Translations under genes and position numbers: made by a program | IMG/VR virus record: IMGVR_UViG_3300031555_001748 | Location: 1-64,000 of that record | Reading direction: 5' to 3' (one strand) | DNA from: a virus | Taxonomy: Duplodnaviria; Caudoviricetes | Length of the DNA: 64,000 nt | Part shown: positions 63,475-64,000 of the stretch, in pieces | Position numbering within the stretch: position 1 is the stretch's first letter | How the letters are laid out: each line of letters starts with the position of its first letter | Notes under the pieces: generated by a model | Database searches by the model: none | The model's input: the letters and a program-made list of their open reading frames with translations, nothing else | Told to the model about the DNA's origin: nothing

Positions 63475-64000
63475 ATGAGCAGTCATTATCTTATGAAGTA
63501 TAAGGGCACTTATAGGGTGTTGCCTGTATTGGACGAGGTTTATCACGATTTGCCCAGAGACACAAGTGGGAATATCGTTCACGAAGAAGTAGAGTTATAT
63601 ATTGCTTGTCAATATGGAAATAAGATTACTGAATGGGGCAAAGATGCTAGTAACAGAATGTTGCTACGAGCATACATCCCTTCTATTAGCAGAGGCAGAA
63701 ATATTAAAAAGGCTATGGACGCAAAGGGTATTCCATATACCAATTATCGAGAGACAGACGAAGAAGTTGAATTCCGTTTTAAGGCAATAGACATTAGCCC
63801 AATTGCTGAGTTGATGAAAGTGAAGACAGGTGGCGCTAATATTAGTCCGTTTAGCGTCAAAAATCTTCCTAAATCAGATGTTGAAATACCCTCAGAAGAA
63901 ATCGAACTATACAAGTCTGTAGTGGCAGATGTGCAGAAAGACGACTTACTAATTATCCACAGGATTACAACCGATTTTCTATTCAATTTTCTTGAAAAAA
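63475..64000 (+). CDS. Hypothetical protein, truncated by the window end
   Basis: AAGGAG RBS and ATG at 63475 (MSSHYLMKYKGTYRVLP...), open to the end of the window. Confidence 0.7.
   Translation, partial: MSSHYLMKYKGTYRVLPVLDEVYHDLPRDTSGNIVHEEVELYIACQYGNKITEWGKDASNRMLLRAYIPSISRGRNIKKAMDAKGIPYTNYRETDEEVEFRFKAIDISPIAELMKVKTGGANISPFSVKNLPKSDVEIPSEEIELYKSVVADVQKDDLLIIHRITTDFLFNFLEK

Noticed and set aside
1-64000. Minus-strand ORFs in the track (e.g. 4490-5182, 18686-19321, 37827-38306, 62443-62934)
   Set aside because: They are antisense shadows of + strand genes, with no RBS or recognisable motifs.
1-64000. Stop-codon reassignment (alternative genetic code)
   Set aside because: The long core genes are intact in code 11, TAA, TAG and TGA all end genes, and no suppressor anticodon (CTA, TCA, TTA) was found.
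1-64000. Diversity-generating retroelement, retron, IS transposase or rRNA
   Set aside because: No reverse transcriptase, DDE/HUH transposase, TR/VR pair or rRNA-like sequence was seen.

Overview
This 64 kb AT-rich window comes from a large dsDNA phage or prophage. The host is probably a Clostridia/Lachnospiraceae-type Firmicute; this is inferred from perfect sigma-A promoters, GAGG/GGAGG ribosome-binding sites and the protein families present. Essentially all credible genes are on the + strand, and there are no capsid, tail or lysis genes apart from a 3D-domain protein. Layout: (i) 0-29.6 kb is an accessory region of about 90 small ORFs with strong sigma-A promoters, a 3-tRNA cluster, an intact tyrosine recombinase, a DUF262/ParB-like gene, SprT-like and papain-like proteases. 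(ii) 29.9-42.3 kb holds a catalytically degenerate recombinase-fold protein (MrpR/YopR-like), a cysteine desulfurase, a nucleoside deoxyribosyltransferase-like gene and an SPbeta-like replication block (SSB-like, AAA ATPase, DnaB, HNH, primase). (iii) 42.5-47.9 kb is a second accessory island with a VUT/YhhQ transporter, a TGT/DpdA-like enzyme and a PD-(D/E)XK nuclease. (iv) 48-58.6 kb carries DnaE, RecD2, LigA, class II RNR and dUTPase. (v) 59.5-61.6 kb is a 13-tRNA array behind three tandem promoters. The most striking unexplained signal is a palindrome, TAAAA-N6-TTTTA, with fixed 6-bp spacing and a variable spacer. I found at least 45 copies by eye, at junctions of accessory genes between a stop codon and the next RBS, and saw none in the core replication blocks. 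It is a candidate integron-like cassette site or a stoperator-like array. All calls are from manual reading; no searches were run.
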